Source: Bacillales bacterium UBA7057
Lineage (GTDB): Bacteria > Bacillota_I > Bacilli_A > RF39 > UBA660
Assembly: GCA_002493865.1 (NCBI GenBank)
Contig: DLAC01000039.1
Location: forward strand, 1-50,057
DNA: 50,057 nt
Direction: 5' to 3'
Shown: piece after piece, positions 37,769-47,620 of the stretch
Position numbering within the stretch: position 1 is the stretch's first letter
How the letters are laid out: each line of letters opens with the position of its first letter
Notes under the pieces: generated by a model
Seen by the model: the letters and a program-made list of their open reading frames with translations, nothing else
What the model was told of the DNA's origin: nothing
Databases searched by the model: none
Program-made: the position numbers and the translations under genes

Positions 37769-38485
37769 ATGGCTACACAATTACAAATTGATGAATGGAA
37801 TCAACATGAAACTAGACAAAGAGAACTTTTTCGGTATGGAATTGATCAGGGACTCATCTATCCTTATGAAATTGATGATGACTTTATGGAAAGATTGAGA
37901 AATATTTACTGGGGAGGTATGAGTCTTTCCCTAATTGTACTTTGCGAAAGAATGTCAAATGGATTTTGTTATGACCGTAGTCTACTTTCTGCTTATGGTT
38001 TTGGAGATGATGACTTTCAAAAGGTATATGCTACGATTGATGGAATTCGTTTAAGAACTGATTATCTTGATCAATATCAACAATATAGTGAAGAAGAAAA
38101 GAAAGAACTTCATTATGGCGAACACTGTTATATGGAACGTACCAGGGAGGATGGAACTGTTTGGGTATATGAACCTTCTTATGGACTTGTATATCGGAAG
38201 GATATTTATGAGAAAATCGAACATCCCGTTGTGTGTAGAACCATGTCCCGAGAAGAAATTTTAAGTTCTCATGAATATCAAGATATTTTAAGTGAAGATA
38301 TTGAAGTAAGTAAGTATTCATCCTTTCATCATGTTCCGTTTTATGAAGCTTGTTTGATGGTCGGTCAGCAGTTTCATATGGATGCCTTAAGAGAAGAATT
38401 AGAATTATATAAAAAGAAAGTTAATTATGATGCAATCTATCAAGAAGAATATCATAATATGAAAAGATTGGGTTTTTTAACATAG
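37769..38485 (+). CDS. Hypothetical protein with putative Cys-His-Glu (transglutaminase/papain-like) triad
   Basis: NGFCYDRS...EHCYME...WVYEPS; AGGAGG RBS. Confidence 0.6.
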   Translation: MATQLQIDEWNQHETRQRELFRYGIDQGLIYPYEIDDDFMERLRNIYWGGMSLSLIVLCERMSNGFCYDRSLLSAYGFGDDDFQKVYATIDGIRLRTDYLDQYQQYSEEEKKELHYGEHCYMERTREDGTVWVYEPSYGLVYRKDIYEKIEHPVVCRTMSREEILSSHEYQDILSEDIEVSKYSSFHHVPFYEACLMVGQQFHMDALREELELYKKKVNYDAIYQEEYHNMKRLGFLT

Positions 38486-38564
38486 TTTAAAATTTTTTGA
38501 AATGATTGAGACTCATGATATAATAAAAAATAAATTTATGATTAATTAATAGGAGAGTGATCTT

Positions 38565-39350
38565 ATGGAAAGCCTTGAAAAAGCAACTGAAGAAGGATTT
38601 TACTTTATTCAACAATTTCATTTACCAGTGACACAAGAAGAATATTTTTTCTATAAAAATCAAATTGATTTATGTATTCGTGAATTTAAAGAACAAAATC
38701 GTGATGCGGTTGATCAATGGAAATTTGAAATTAAACATATCTTGCCAGGAACTGGAATGATCTCTGATGTTTCTAATTCTTTAATGCAAAAATTGCATAT
38801 GAAATTAGAAAAAATTATAAAGGGAAAACCAGATACTGTTTTATCCGCTATATTTAGCGAATATCGTTTTTGGTGTAGAGAACAATGGGCTCCAGGAAGC
38901 CTAGAAAGTCATTTATCTGTAACTTTGGGTACACCAGATCGGAGACCAGTTCTAGGAAAATTATTCAATTCTTCTATTAATAATCATTTAAAGTACTTGA
39001 TTGGTGTGATGATGGCACCTTATGTATATTTGACTGATGTTTTACCATTTTTTTTAAATGGAACTTTACAAAGTCCTACGATGGATACATGTAGTCAATT
39101 AATTGATTATGCAACTTCTTTAGGAGATCATCCAGATAATTATCAAAAACTATATACGATGTGTCATGCAGTGTTAAATGGCGCTACAGAATCAGATTTT
39201 TCAGAGATTGGGGATTTTATTCAAGAGTCTATAGATCGGGATGGTAATTATGACGAGGTAATGGCTATGAAAAGAATCAATGAATATTTTAGAATCCATA
39301 AGAATCAAAAAGAAGCAAATCAAAAGAAAATTGGGAAAGTTTCCGACTAA
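38565..39350 (+). CDS. Hypothetical protein
   Basis: AGGAG RBS, 261 aa, downstream hairpin AACGTATCTTTA..TAAAGATACGTT. Confidence 0.7.
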   Translation: MESLEKATEEGFYFIQQFHLPVTQEEYFFYKNQIDLCIREFKEQNRDAVDQWKFEIKHILPGTGMISDVSNSLMQKLHMKLEKIIKGKPDTVLSAIFSEYRFWCREQWAPGSLESHLSVTLGTPDRRPVLGKLFNSSINNHLKYLIGVMMAPYVYLTDVLPFFLNGTLQSPTMDTCSQLIDYATSLGDHPDNYQKLYTMCHAVLNGATESDFSEIGDFIQESIDRDGNYDEVMAMKRINEYFRIHKNQKEANQKKIGKVSD

Positions 39351-39479
39351 TATTATTGGATTCATATAGACAAGTAACGTATCTTTATTAGTGAGATAAA
39401 GATACGTTTTTTTCACTTAAAATTTATTGCTTTTTAATTTTTAATTTCTTATAATAAAATATATGTGAGGAGAGATGAT

Positions 39480-40673
39480 ATGAAAGTTTTATCAGTAAAT
39501 GCAGGTAGTTCTACATTAAAATTTCGTTTGTATGAAATGCCTGAAGAAAAAGTATTAATGAAAGGTGCAATTGAACGTATTGGGTTAGATGGAAGTCATT
39601 ATAGTATTACAATTGGAGAAGAAAAAATCAAGAAAGAACTTCCATTAAAGAATCATAAGGAAGCAGTAGATGCATTATTAAAGGAATTAGTTTCTACTGG
39701 ATTAATCAAGTCTTTAGATGAAATTGGTGCGGTAGGACATAGAATTGTTCATGGAGGAAGTTTATATTCTAAGAGTGTTGTGTTAGAAGAAAAAGTCATT
39801 GAAGAAATTGAAACACTTTCTGATTTAGCACCCCTTCATAATCCAGCTAATTTAGTTGGTGTTCGTGCTTTTAAAGAAGCAATTCCAACGGCTTTACAAG
39901 TAGGATGCTTTGATACTGCATTTCATCAAACAATGGAAAAAGCAGATTATTTATATCCAGTTCCTTATGCGTGGTATGAGAAGTATGGAATTCGTAAATA
40001 TGGATTCCATGGGCTAAGTCATAAGTTTATCAGTGAAAAAATGATGGAACTATTAAATAAGAAAAATCCAAATTTAATTATTTGTCATATTGGAAATGGT
40101 GCGAGTCTTTCTGCGATTCAGGAAGGAAAATGTATCGATACTTCGATGGGATTTACTCCGAACGCAGGTATCATGATGGGAACTCGTAGTGGAGATATCG
40201 ACTATACCATGATTTCTTATTTAATGAAGAAAACAGGATTTGATTTCAATAAAATTGATAGTATGTTAAATAAAGAGAGTGGTTTAGAAGGAATCGCTGG
40301 GATGAGTGATTTAAGAGATTTGGATGATGCCTTTGAAAGAGGAGAAGAAAAAACATGCCTTGCCTTTGATATGTATACCAATAAAATTGTAGATTATATT
40401 GCGAAATACTATGTAAAATTAGATGGTAAGGTAGATGCTATTTGCTTCACTGCTGGTGGTGGAGAAAATGATCCAATTATTCGTGGAGAAGTTTTAAAGA
40501 AATTAACAGCTTTAGGTGTTGTTTTGGATGAAGAAAAGAACGAAGCAACCGTTTGCCGTAAGGGGATTGAAGGAATTATTACGAAAGAGAATTCTAAAAT
40601 TCCAGTTTATGTCTTAGGAACAGATGAAGAATTAATGATTGCTAGAGATACTTATAGTTTATCTGAAAATTAA
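39480..40673 (+). CDS. ackA: Acetate kinase
   Basis: VNAGSSTLKF, GHRIVHGG, LAPLHN, FDTAFH, YGFHG, MGTRSGD, TDEE. Confidence 0.95.
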   Translation: MKVLSVNAGSSTLKFRLYEMPEEKVLMKGAIERIGLDGSHYSITIGEEKIKKELPLKNHKEAVDALLKELVSTGLIKSLDEIGAVGHRIVHGGSLYSKSVVLEEKVIEEIETLSDLAPLHNPANLVGVRAFKEAIPTALQVGCFDTAFHQTMEKADYLYPVPYAWYEKYGIRKYGFHGLSHKFISEKMMELLNKKNPNLIICHIGNGASLSAIQEGKCIDTSMGFTPNAGIMMGTRSGDIDYTMISYLMKKTGFDFNKIDSMLNKESGLEGIAGMSDLRDLDDAFERGEEKTCLAFDMYTNKIVDYIAKYYVKLDGKVDAICFTAGGGENDPIIRGEVLKKLTALGVVLDEEKNEATVCRKGIEGIITKENSKIPVYVLGTDEELMIARDTYSLSEN

Positions 40674-40847
40674 AATGAAAAAAGGAAAAGTGAATCTGTG
40701 GGTAACACATGGTTGCTTTTTCTTTTTTATAGTGAAATTTTCAGCCGTAAAAAACATATAATTTTAGAAAAAATTACTCTATGGCGTAATAAATTGATAG
40801 GCAATGACTGTAGTATTATGATGAATTAGAAAATAGAGGTGTTGGAT

Positions 40848-41069
40848 ATGGCTGGAGTATTAACTTTTAGAGTTGGAGTTGAAGGGTTAGAAGATAAAAT
40901 TTGGAGAGAGATTGAAATAACAGATAGAAGAACTGTTGCAGATTTAGCGTACACAATACTTGCAATATTTGATTCGCTTGCTTATCACTTATATGATATA
41001 AAGTATAAAAGTGGGAAATTCCTGCTTTTTATTTGGGTATTGTTTTCAATATTGAAATGGTATATTTGA
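40848..41069 (+). pseudogene. Truncated pRiA4b ORF-3-like (IS1096 passenger TnpR-type) gene remnant
   Basis: LTFRVGVEGLEDKIWREIEI..TVADLAYTILAIF..AYHLY matches the family N-terminus, then runs into non-coding-like sequence after about 55 aa. Confidence 0.6.
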
Positions 41070-41135
41070 AACGCACTTTTCCTTTTTTTTTCTTCTTTTT
41101 TGTAGTATAATGGTTGTTGTAGAAAGAGGGATAAT

Positions 41136-42317
41136 ATGAAAATAATGTCAATTAATGCAGGAAGTAGTTCCCTAAAATTTAGTTTATTTGAAATGGATAC
41201 GAAAACTTGCATTGCTTCTGGTTATTTTGAAAGAGTAACTTTAGAAGGTAGTTTTTATACCATTAAATATAATGGAGAAAAGATTAGAGAAGAAGTCGAT
41301 ATGCCAAACCATACAGTGGCAGTTGAAGTGCTACTAGATCGTTTGATTTCTCTTGGGATTATTGATTCTTTAGATGAGATTGAAGGTGTTGGACATCGTT
41401 TGGCTCACGGTTCTGATAAGTATAAAACAAGTGCTTTAATTACCGATGAATTAATGTCTGACTTTGAAAGCTATACAGAACTTGCACCTTTACATGTTCC
41501 CGCTAATATCTTGGGGGTAGAAGCTATGAAAAAGGTACTTCCAAACGTACCGATGGTTGGAGTTTTTGATACGGCATTTCATCAAACTTTGGATAAAACT
41601 CAATATATTTATCCAGTTCCTTATGAATGGTATCAAAAATATGGAATTCGTAAATATGGATTTCATGGAACGAGTTACCGTTATATTTGTAAGCAAATTC
41701 CAAGACTATTTGGGCGCGATGAGTATAAAGCAATTATTTGTCATTTAGGAAGTGGAGCTTCTATTGCTGCCGTAAAAAACGGTGTTTGTGTTGATACTTC
41801 TATGGGATTTACACCAGTGGTTGGTGTCATGATGGGAACTCGTAGTGGAGATATTGATTCTTCTATTATTCCGTTTATTATGGAAAAAGAAGATAAGACA
41901 GTAACTGAAGTGATGGATGACTTAAATAAACGCTCTGGATTTTTAGGTCTCAGTGGATGTGCGAGTGATTTCCGTGACATTTATCAAGGTGTCGTAGATG
42001 GAAACGAACAATGCAAACTTGCTTTTGATAAATTTGTGCAGACTGTTGTGAACTATATTGCGATGTATTACGTAGAACTTGGTGGTGCTGATGTCATTTG
42101 CTTTACTGCTGGTCTTGGTGAGAATGCTTCTGAAGCGAGAGAAGCAATTATGAAAAAACTTGATTGTTTAGGAGTAAAACTAGATGAAAAAGCAAATCAG
42201 GTACGTGGTGAAGAAGTTAAGATTAGTAGTGCTGATTCTAAGATCATGTGTTTTGCAGTTCCTACGAACGAAGAACTTATGATTGCAGAAGATACACTTT
42301 CTCTCATTGGAGAATAG
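41136..42317 (+). CDS. ackA: Acetate/propionate kinase paralog
   Basis: INAGSSSLKF, GHRLAHGS, LAPLH, FDTAFH, YGFHG, MGTRSGD, TNEE. Confidence 0.9.
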   Translation: MKIMSINAGSSSLKFSLFEMDTKTCIASGYFERVTLEGSFYTIKYNGEKIREEVDMPNHTVAVEVLLDRLISLGIIDSLDEIEGVGHRLAHGSDKYKTSALITDELMSDFESYTELAPLHVPANILGVEAMKKVLPNVPMVGVFDTAFHQTLDKTQYIYPVPYEWYQKYGIRKYGFHGTSYRYICKQIPRLFGRDEYKAIICHLGSGASIAAVKNGVCVDTSMGFTPVVGVMMGTRSGDIDSSIIPFIMEKEDKTVTEVMDDLNKRSGFLGLSGCASDFRDIYQGVVDGNEQCKLAFDKFVQTVVNYIAMYYVELGGADVICFTAGLGENASEAREAIMKKLDCLGVKLDEKANQVRGEEVKISSADSKIMCFAVPTNEELMIAEDTLSLIGE

Positions 42318-42331
42318 ATAGGAAGAAACGT

Positions 42332-43297
42332 ATGTTTAAAAAAATTTATAAAGCGATTAAAAAGTATGATACCATTGTCATTGCGAGACATATTGGAGTA
42401 GATCCTGATGCGATGGCAAGTCAACTTGCGTTAAAGGAATCCATTCTTTTGACTTTTCCTAAAAAACGCGTTTTGGCTGTTGGAACAGGGGGCGCTAAAT
42501 TTACTTATCTTGGGGCACTTGATAAATTAGAAGACGTTGACTTTTCAAAGTCACTCCTGATTGTTTTAGATACGCCAGATAAAAGAAGAGTAGATGCTAC
42601 TGAAATTGATTCTTTTGCCTATAAGGTGAAGATTGATCATCATCCTTTCGTAGAAGAATTTTGTGATATTGAACTGATTGAAGATACTAAATCTTCTGCT
42701 TGTCAATTGGTATTAGAACTTCTGTATCAAACAAAATTAAAAAGGAATCAATCCATCATTGAGAAATTATTTATCGGACTTGTTTCTGATACGAATCGCT
42801 TTTTATTTAACTCGGATAGTTGTTTATTTTCGTTGGTTTCTAAAATACTAAAAGAATATCCATTAGATTTACCTCATCTCTATCAACAACTATATATGAG
42901 ACCACTTCATGAAGTAAGGCTCCAAGGTTATATTGAACAAAACATGAAAGTTACTGAAAATGGGGTCGGATACTTGATTTTAACATCCGATGTGATTAGT
43001 AAATTTTCTGCTGATGTTGGTAGTGCCGGGAATATGGTAAATAATTTCAATTATATCGATGAGATTTTAGTATGGGCAATGATTTCTGAAGATAAAAAGA
43101 ATGAGATTATTAAAATTAATATTCGTTCTCGTGGACCTGTGATTAATACAGTCGCTGAAAAATATCATGGTGGAGGTCACAAGTATGCGAGTGGCGCTAG
43201 AGTTACCACGATGGAGGAAGCAGAACTTCTAATTCATGACTTAGATCGTGCTTGTAACCAATATATCCAAAATATGGAAGGTGGAGAAAAAGAATGA
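42332..43297 (+). CDS. nrnA: DHH/DHHA1 oligoribonuclease / pAp phosphatase
   Basis: RHIGVDPDA, VLDT, IDHH, SDTNRF, IRS, GGGHKYASG; start at MFKKIY (42332). Confidence 0.88.
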   Translation: MFKKIYKAIKKYDTIVIARHIGVDPDAMASQLALKESILLTFPKKRVLAVGTGGAKFTYLGALDKLEDVDFSKSLLIVLDTPDKRRVDATEIDSFAYKVKIDHHPFVEEFCDIELIEDTKSSACQLVLELLYQTKLKRNQSIIEKLFIGLVSDTNRFLFNSDSCLFSLVSKILKEYPLDLPHLYQQLYMRPLHEVRLQGYIEQNMKVTENGVGYLILTSDVISKFSADVGSAGNMVNNFNYIDEILVWAMISEDKKNEIIKINIRSRGPVINTVAEKYHGGGHKYASGARVTTMEEAELLIHDLDRACNQYIQNMEGGEKE

Positions 43298-43896
43298 AAG
43301 TAACAGATGCTTTGCTTCATGTTGTTGCAGTAAGACGTAGTCAATACCCAACAGATAAAAAACCAGAGTTTATGTTAGTAGGGAGAAGTAATGTAGGAAA
43401 AAGTAGTTTTATTAATTGCTTAATTAATCGAAAGAACTTAGCACGCATTTCTTCACGTCCAGGAAAAACTCAAACATTAAATTTTTACTTAGTCAATAAA
43501 GAGTTCTATTTAGTGGATGTTCCTGGGTATGGATATGCAGCAGTGGATAAGAGAACTCAATCTAAATTTGGAAAAATGATCGAAGACTACTTAGAAAAAC
43601 GTGATGAATTAAAACGAGTATTCATGTTGATTGATTTCCGTCATAAGCCAACGGAAGATGACTTATTGATGTATAATTTTCTAAAGTACTATAATATTCC
43701 AGTCACTGTAGTCGCTACTAAGGTAGACAAAGTAGGCGCTAGTAAAATGGATAAAAATAAAAAAATAATTTTAGATACCTTGGACTTAGTAATGGGAGAT
43801 GACTTAGTTTTATTTTCAAGTATGACTAAACTAGGAAGAGAAGACGTTCTAAATAAAATTGAACATTGTTCCAAAGAAGAAGACGATTTAATTTAA
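43294..43896 (+). CDS. engB: Ribosome biogenesis GTP-binding protein YsxC/EngB
   Basis: GRSNVGKSS, PGKTQ, DVPGYGYA, DFRH, TKVDK, FSS. Confidence 0.95.
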   Translation: MKVTDALLHVVAVRRSQYPTDKKPEFMLVGRSNVGKSSFINCLINRKNLARISSRPGKTQTLNFYLVNKEFYLVDVPGYGYAAVDKRTQSKFGKMIEDYLEKRDELKRVFMLIDFRHKPTEDDLLMYNFLKYYNIPVTVVATKVDKVGASKMDKNKKIILDTLDLVMGDDLVLFSSMTKLGREDVLNKIEHCSKEEDDLI

Positions 43897-43936
43897 ACGT
43901 CTTTTTTTTCTCAAAAAATTTTCTTTTACATACGAT

Positions 43937-44383
43937 ATGATAGGTGGTACTTTGAAAGTTGAATTTTTAGATCCAGATACTTTGATTGTACAGATGACTA
44001 GTTCAGTAGATATTGGGAATCGGAGTAATCTAGGATTGATTTTAAAACAAATTGGAATTTATTTAAATCGTAAATATCATTATTTATTAGATGGAATCTA
44101 TGATGTAGAATGTTATCAATGCGGAAAATACTTTATCTTTGAAATTGAATGGATTGGTGATTATAAGACCATTGATTTTAATATTACCTTTCATCCCAAT
44201 AGTCGTATGTTATTGGAATTTATAGATGATGCCTATTTCAAAGGTAAAAAATATTATTATCAAGGAAAATATTATATGGAACTTTCAAGAGTCATAGAAG
44301 CCATTGATTGTTTTGAATTTGGAAACGTTATTTATAAAGAAGAGGCTGAAGAAGTTTTAAAAAATGGAATCATTGTTCCCTAA
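43937..44383 (+). CDS. Hypothetical protein, weakly MecA-adaptor-like
   Basis: KVEFLDPDTLIV N-terminus; YYYQGKYYMEL..EFG..LKNG C-terminus; start may be TTG 43952. Confidence 0.45.
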   Translation: MIGGTLKVEFLDPDTLIVQMTSSVDIGNRSNLGLILKQIGIYLNRKYHYLLDGIYDVECYQCGKYFIFEIEWIGDYKTIDFNITFHPNSRMLLEFIDDAYFKGKKYYYQGKYYMELSRVIEAIDCFEFGNVIYKEEAEEVLKNGIIVP

Positions 44384-44527
44384 TTTTATAAAATGTTAAA
44401 GTTGGTTGACAAATTTCCAACTGGAATTGGTAGTATTTCGATTAAAAGAAAAGTATAATGATAATCAAGTATATTATTTTTTCTAATTGTGATATACTAA
44501 AGTTGAAAAAAAGAAAAGGAGAATTAT

Positions 44528-45208
44528 ATGAAAAATATTAGTAAAGGTTTGTGGGGAATTGTTTTAATTGCCATTGGGGTAATCATTGGACTCAATAGTT
44601 TTGGAGTTGCTGACATTGATATTTTCTTTGATGGGTGGTGGACTTTATTTATTATTGTTCCTTGTTTTATTGGATTACTTGATTTTGAAAAAGGAGATAA
44701 AGTAGGAGATGTAATAGGTCTTTTAATCGGTGTTGCATTATTACTTGTTTGCCAAGAAGTTTTAGAATTTGATTTGATTGCAAAATTAATTTTACCGACA
44801 ATTTTAGTTGTCATTGGAATTTCTATGATTTTTAATAATACGTTAAAGGCAAAAATTACAGAAAAAGTAAAAGAAGGAAAAAAGAATGGATTGGAAGCAA
44901 TTGTCGCAACATTTGCAGGACAAAAAGTGGACAAGACAGATGAAAAATTTGAAGGTGCTTCTTTAGATGCGGTCTTTGGTAGTATCGTTTTAGATTTAAG
45001 AAGAGCAAAACTTTCTAAAGAGGTGACAATTGAAGCAAGTGCTATCTTTGGTGGAATTGAAATTATTGTACCAAAGGGTGTCAATGTAAAAGTGAAATCT
45101 ACACCTATTTTTGGGGGAACTTCAAATCGAATTATCAACTCTGAAGATAATAAAGAAACAATTTATATTGAGGCATTCTCTATGTTTGGAGGGATAGATA
45201 TTAAATGA
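44528..45208 (+). CDS. LiaF-like cell-wall antibiotic response membrane protein (DUF2154-like)
   Basis: Four TM helices (GWWTLFIIVP) then AVFGSIVLDLR / AIFGGIEIIVP / MFGGIDIK repeats. Confidence 0.8.
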   Translation: MKNISKGLWGIVLIAIGVIIGLNSFGVADIDIFFDGWWTLFIIVPCFIGLLDFEKGDKVGDVIGLLIGVALLLVCQEVLEFDLIAKLILPTILVVIGISMIFNNTLKAKITEKVKEGKKNGLEAIVATFAGQKVDKTDEKFEGASLDAVFGSIVLDLRRAKLSKEVTIEASAIFGGIEIIVPKGVNVKVKSTPIFGGTSNRIINSEDNKETIYIEAFSMFGGIDIK

Positions 45209-46023
45209 CAAATTTACAAAAAGGGATTAAGTATTGTGCCATTGCCTTTGGAGTTTTTCTAATCGTTAGTATTTTAAGTGCAATTTTAGGGGCTATTGGA
45301 ATTATTGATATGATTACAACTGGTGGTTCTACAACCGGCGAAAGTTTTACAAAGACGTATCAGAATATTCGTTCTATTGATATTGATGTCGCATATTCTG
45401 ATATTCTAATTACACAGGGAGAGGAATTTAAAGTGGATGCCACTAATATTAGTCGCAGGTTTTCCGCTACTGTTAAAAATGATACTTTAAAAATTAAAGA
45501 GAAAAGAAATTGGTTTTGGATGGGAAGTCGTTCTGGTAAAATTATAGTGACCGTACCAGAAACAGCTGTTCTTCAAGACATATCTATTGATTCTGGAGCA
45601 GGGAGAATTGAACTGAATAAGATTTTGGCTAGTAATTTGGATGTCTCTCAGGGTGCTGGTCTTTTAACGATTCGTGATGGAGACTTTTCTAGTACGTCCA
45701 TTGATGGTGGAGCAGGAAAAATTGAGGTTTCTTCTTCCATTTTAAACCGCTTAGAATTAGATGCAGGTGTTGGTCAAGTAGATATGGAGGCTATGATTAC
45801 TGGAAATAGCGAGATTGACTCAGGCGTTGGCGAAATTCGTCTACGTCTATTAGGGGAAAAAGAGGATTACCGCATTCATGCAGATAAAGGAGTAGGAAGT
45901 CTTCGTATCGATGGTAAAAACTATTCTGATAATACTTCTTTTGGAAGTGGAAGTAACTTCATTGATATTGATGGTGGAGTAGGAAGTATTACGGTTGATT
46001 TTATATCTTCTGTTACTGAATAA
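45205..46023 (+). CDS. DUF4097-like beta-strand repeat membrane-anchored protein
   Basis: N-terminal TM; IDSGAGRI / DGGAGKI / DAGVGQV / DSGVGEI repeats. Confidence 0.8.
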   Translation: MTNLQKGIKYCAIAFGVFLIVSILSAILGAIGIIDMITTGGSTTGESFTKTYQNIRSIDIDVAYSDILITQGEEFKVDATNISRRFSATVKNDTLKIKEKRNWFWMGSRSGKIIVTVPETAVLQDISIDSGAGRIELNKILASNLDVSQGAGLLTIRDGDFSSTSIDGGAGKIEVSSSILNRLELDAGVGQVDMEAMITGNSEIDSGVGEIRLRLLGEKEDYRIHADKGVGSLRIDGKNYSDNTSFGSGSNFIDIDGGVGSITVDFISSVTE

Positions 46024-46054
46024 ATTCTTGTAATTTCCTTTACAAGAATTTTTC
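46023..46054 (+). terminator. Intrinsic terminator
   Basis: AATTCTTGTAA-tttcct-TTACAAGAATTTTT. Confidence 0.7.
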
Positions 46055-46065
46055 TTGATGATAAA

Positions 46066-46094
46066 ATAGCAATTGTTATATAACAAATGTTATA
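46066..46094. promoter_or_regulatory. Tandem palindromic operators, probably for the TetR regulator
   Basis: ATAGCAATTGTTAT (46066-46079) and TATAACAAATGTTATA (46079-46094) over the promoter region. Confidence 0.65.
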
Positions 46095-46109
46095 GAAAGA
46101 AGGTGTAGG

Positions 46110-46685
46110 ATGCCACCCATTCCAAAATTTCAGAGGGAAACTATTATAGAGGTAACTTATCAGTTAATCAAAGAAGAAGGATTAGAAAGAGTAAACGCAA
46201 GAAGAATTGCGAAAGAATTAGGATGTTCTGTACAACCTATTTTCCATAATTTTTCGACGATGGAAGATTTGATTCATGAGGTAAATACTAAAATTTATGC
46301 CAAGTACAAAGAATATATCATGCGTGGACAAAATAGTGAAATGCCTTATAAACAGATTGGCTTATCTTATATTCAATTTGCTGTCGATTATCCAGAATTT
46401 TTTAAAATTCTATTTATGAAGGAAACCATGCTGGATGCAGAAAATTTTATGATGGCGGATGTATTAGGAGATCACATTATTAAAGAGGGACAAAAACTAA
46501 CAGGTCTTTCTTATGAAGAACAGAAGAAATTTCATATTAAAGTATGGGTTTTCACTCATGGAATTGCTTGTTTAGTTGCCACTAAGACGATTCGATTTTC
46601 TAAAGAAGAAATCGATAAACTACTAGGTAGTACTGTGTTAGAAATGTTAGAAGGTTATAAAAAAAGTAGGGAGGAAAAGAAATGA
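46110..46685 (+). CDS. TetR/AcrR family transcriptional regulator
   Basis: IIEVTYQLIKEEGLERVNARRIAKELGCSVQPIFHNFSTMEDL. Confidence 0.9.
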   Translation: MPPIPKFQRETIIEVTYQLIKEEGLERVNARRIAKELGCSVQPIFHNFSTMEDLIHEVNTKIYAKYKEYIMRGQNSEMPYKQIGLSYIQFAVDYPEFFKILFMKETMLDAENFMMADVLGDHIIKEGQKLTGLSYEEQKKFHIKVWVFTHGIACLVATKTIRFSKEEIDKLLGSTVLEMLEGYKKSREEKK

Positions 46686-47620
46686 AAAATGTAGTTCAAG
46701 TGAAGAATTTAACGAAAGAATATAAAACTATTAGGGCGATTGATGATTTGTCCTTTGAGGTCAAGGAAGGAGAAATTTTAGGTTTATTAGGACCTAATGG
46801 AAGTGGAAAATCAACCACCATTAATTGTATCTTGTCCCTGTTGAACTTTTCTAAGGGAAGTATTCAAGTTTTTGGAAAAGAAATGCAGCCAAATGCTTAT
46901 GATATCAAAGAAAAAATAGGAGTTGTGTTTCAAGAAGTTGCTGTATTTGATGAACTTACAGTCATTGAAAATATTGATTATTTCTGTGGTCTTTATGTAA
47001 AAGATAAGGCTTTAAGAAACCAATATGTAGAAGATGCAATTCAGCTTGTTGGATTAGAGGACTTTAAAAAGTTTTATCCAAAGCAATTGTCTGGTGGCCT
47101 TTTAAGACGACTCAATATTGCTTGTGGAGTTGCTCATAAACCAAAACTCATCATTTTAGATGAGCCTACAGTTGCAGTTGATCCACAGAGTAGAAATAAT
47201 ATATTAGATGGAATTAAAACTCTAAGAAATCAGGGCGCTACAATCATTTATACAACACATTATATGGAAGAAGTAGAAATTCTTTGTGATCGTGTGATTA
47301 TCTTAGATAAGGGAAAAATCATTGCGAGTGGAACGACAGATGAATTAAAATCTTTAGCCAAACTTGAGGAAAAAGTAACGGTAGAAGTACTGGATTTAGA
47401 AGAAAAATACATGAGGGAAATTAGTGCATTTAAAAATGTGGAAGATGTGAGTTACTGTGATGGTGTTTTATGTATCACTTATACAAAAGGCAAAAATAAT
47501 TTAGTAGAGTTAATGGATTACTTAAAGAAAGAAAGAATCTCATACAACAAAATCTTCTCTGAGCGTCCTACATTAAATGATGTATTCCTAGAACTTACAG
47601 GAAAGGAACTTAGAGACTAA
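46682..47620 (+). CDS. ABC exporter ATP-binding protein
   Basis: GPNGSGKST, LSGG, ILDEPT, TTHYMEE. Confidence 0.95.
   Translation: MKNVVQVKNLTKEYKTIRAIDDLSFEVKEGEILGLLGPNGSGKSTTINCILSLLNFSKGSIQVFGKEMQPNAYDIKEKIGVVFQEVAVFDELTVIENIDYFCGLYVKDKALRNQYVEDAIQLVGLEDFKKFYPKQLSGGLLRRLNIACGVAHKPKLIILDEPTVAVDPQSRNNILDGIKTLRNQGATIIYTTHYMEEVEILCDRVIILDKGKIIASGTTDELKSLAKLEEKVTVEVLDLEEKYMREISAFKNVEDVSYCDGVLCITYTKGKNNLVELMDYLKKERISYNKIFSERPTLNDVFLELTGKELRD

Noticed and set aside
44524-45138. 204-aa antisense ORF
   Set aside because: Mirror frame of the LiaF-like gene; no independent signals.
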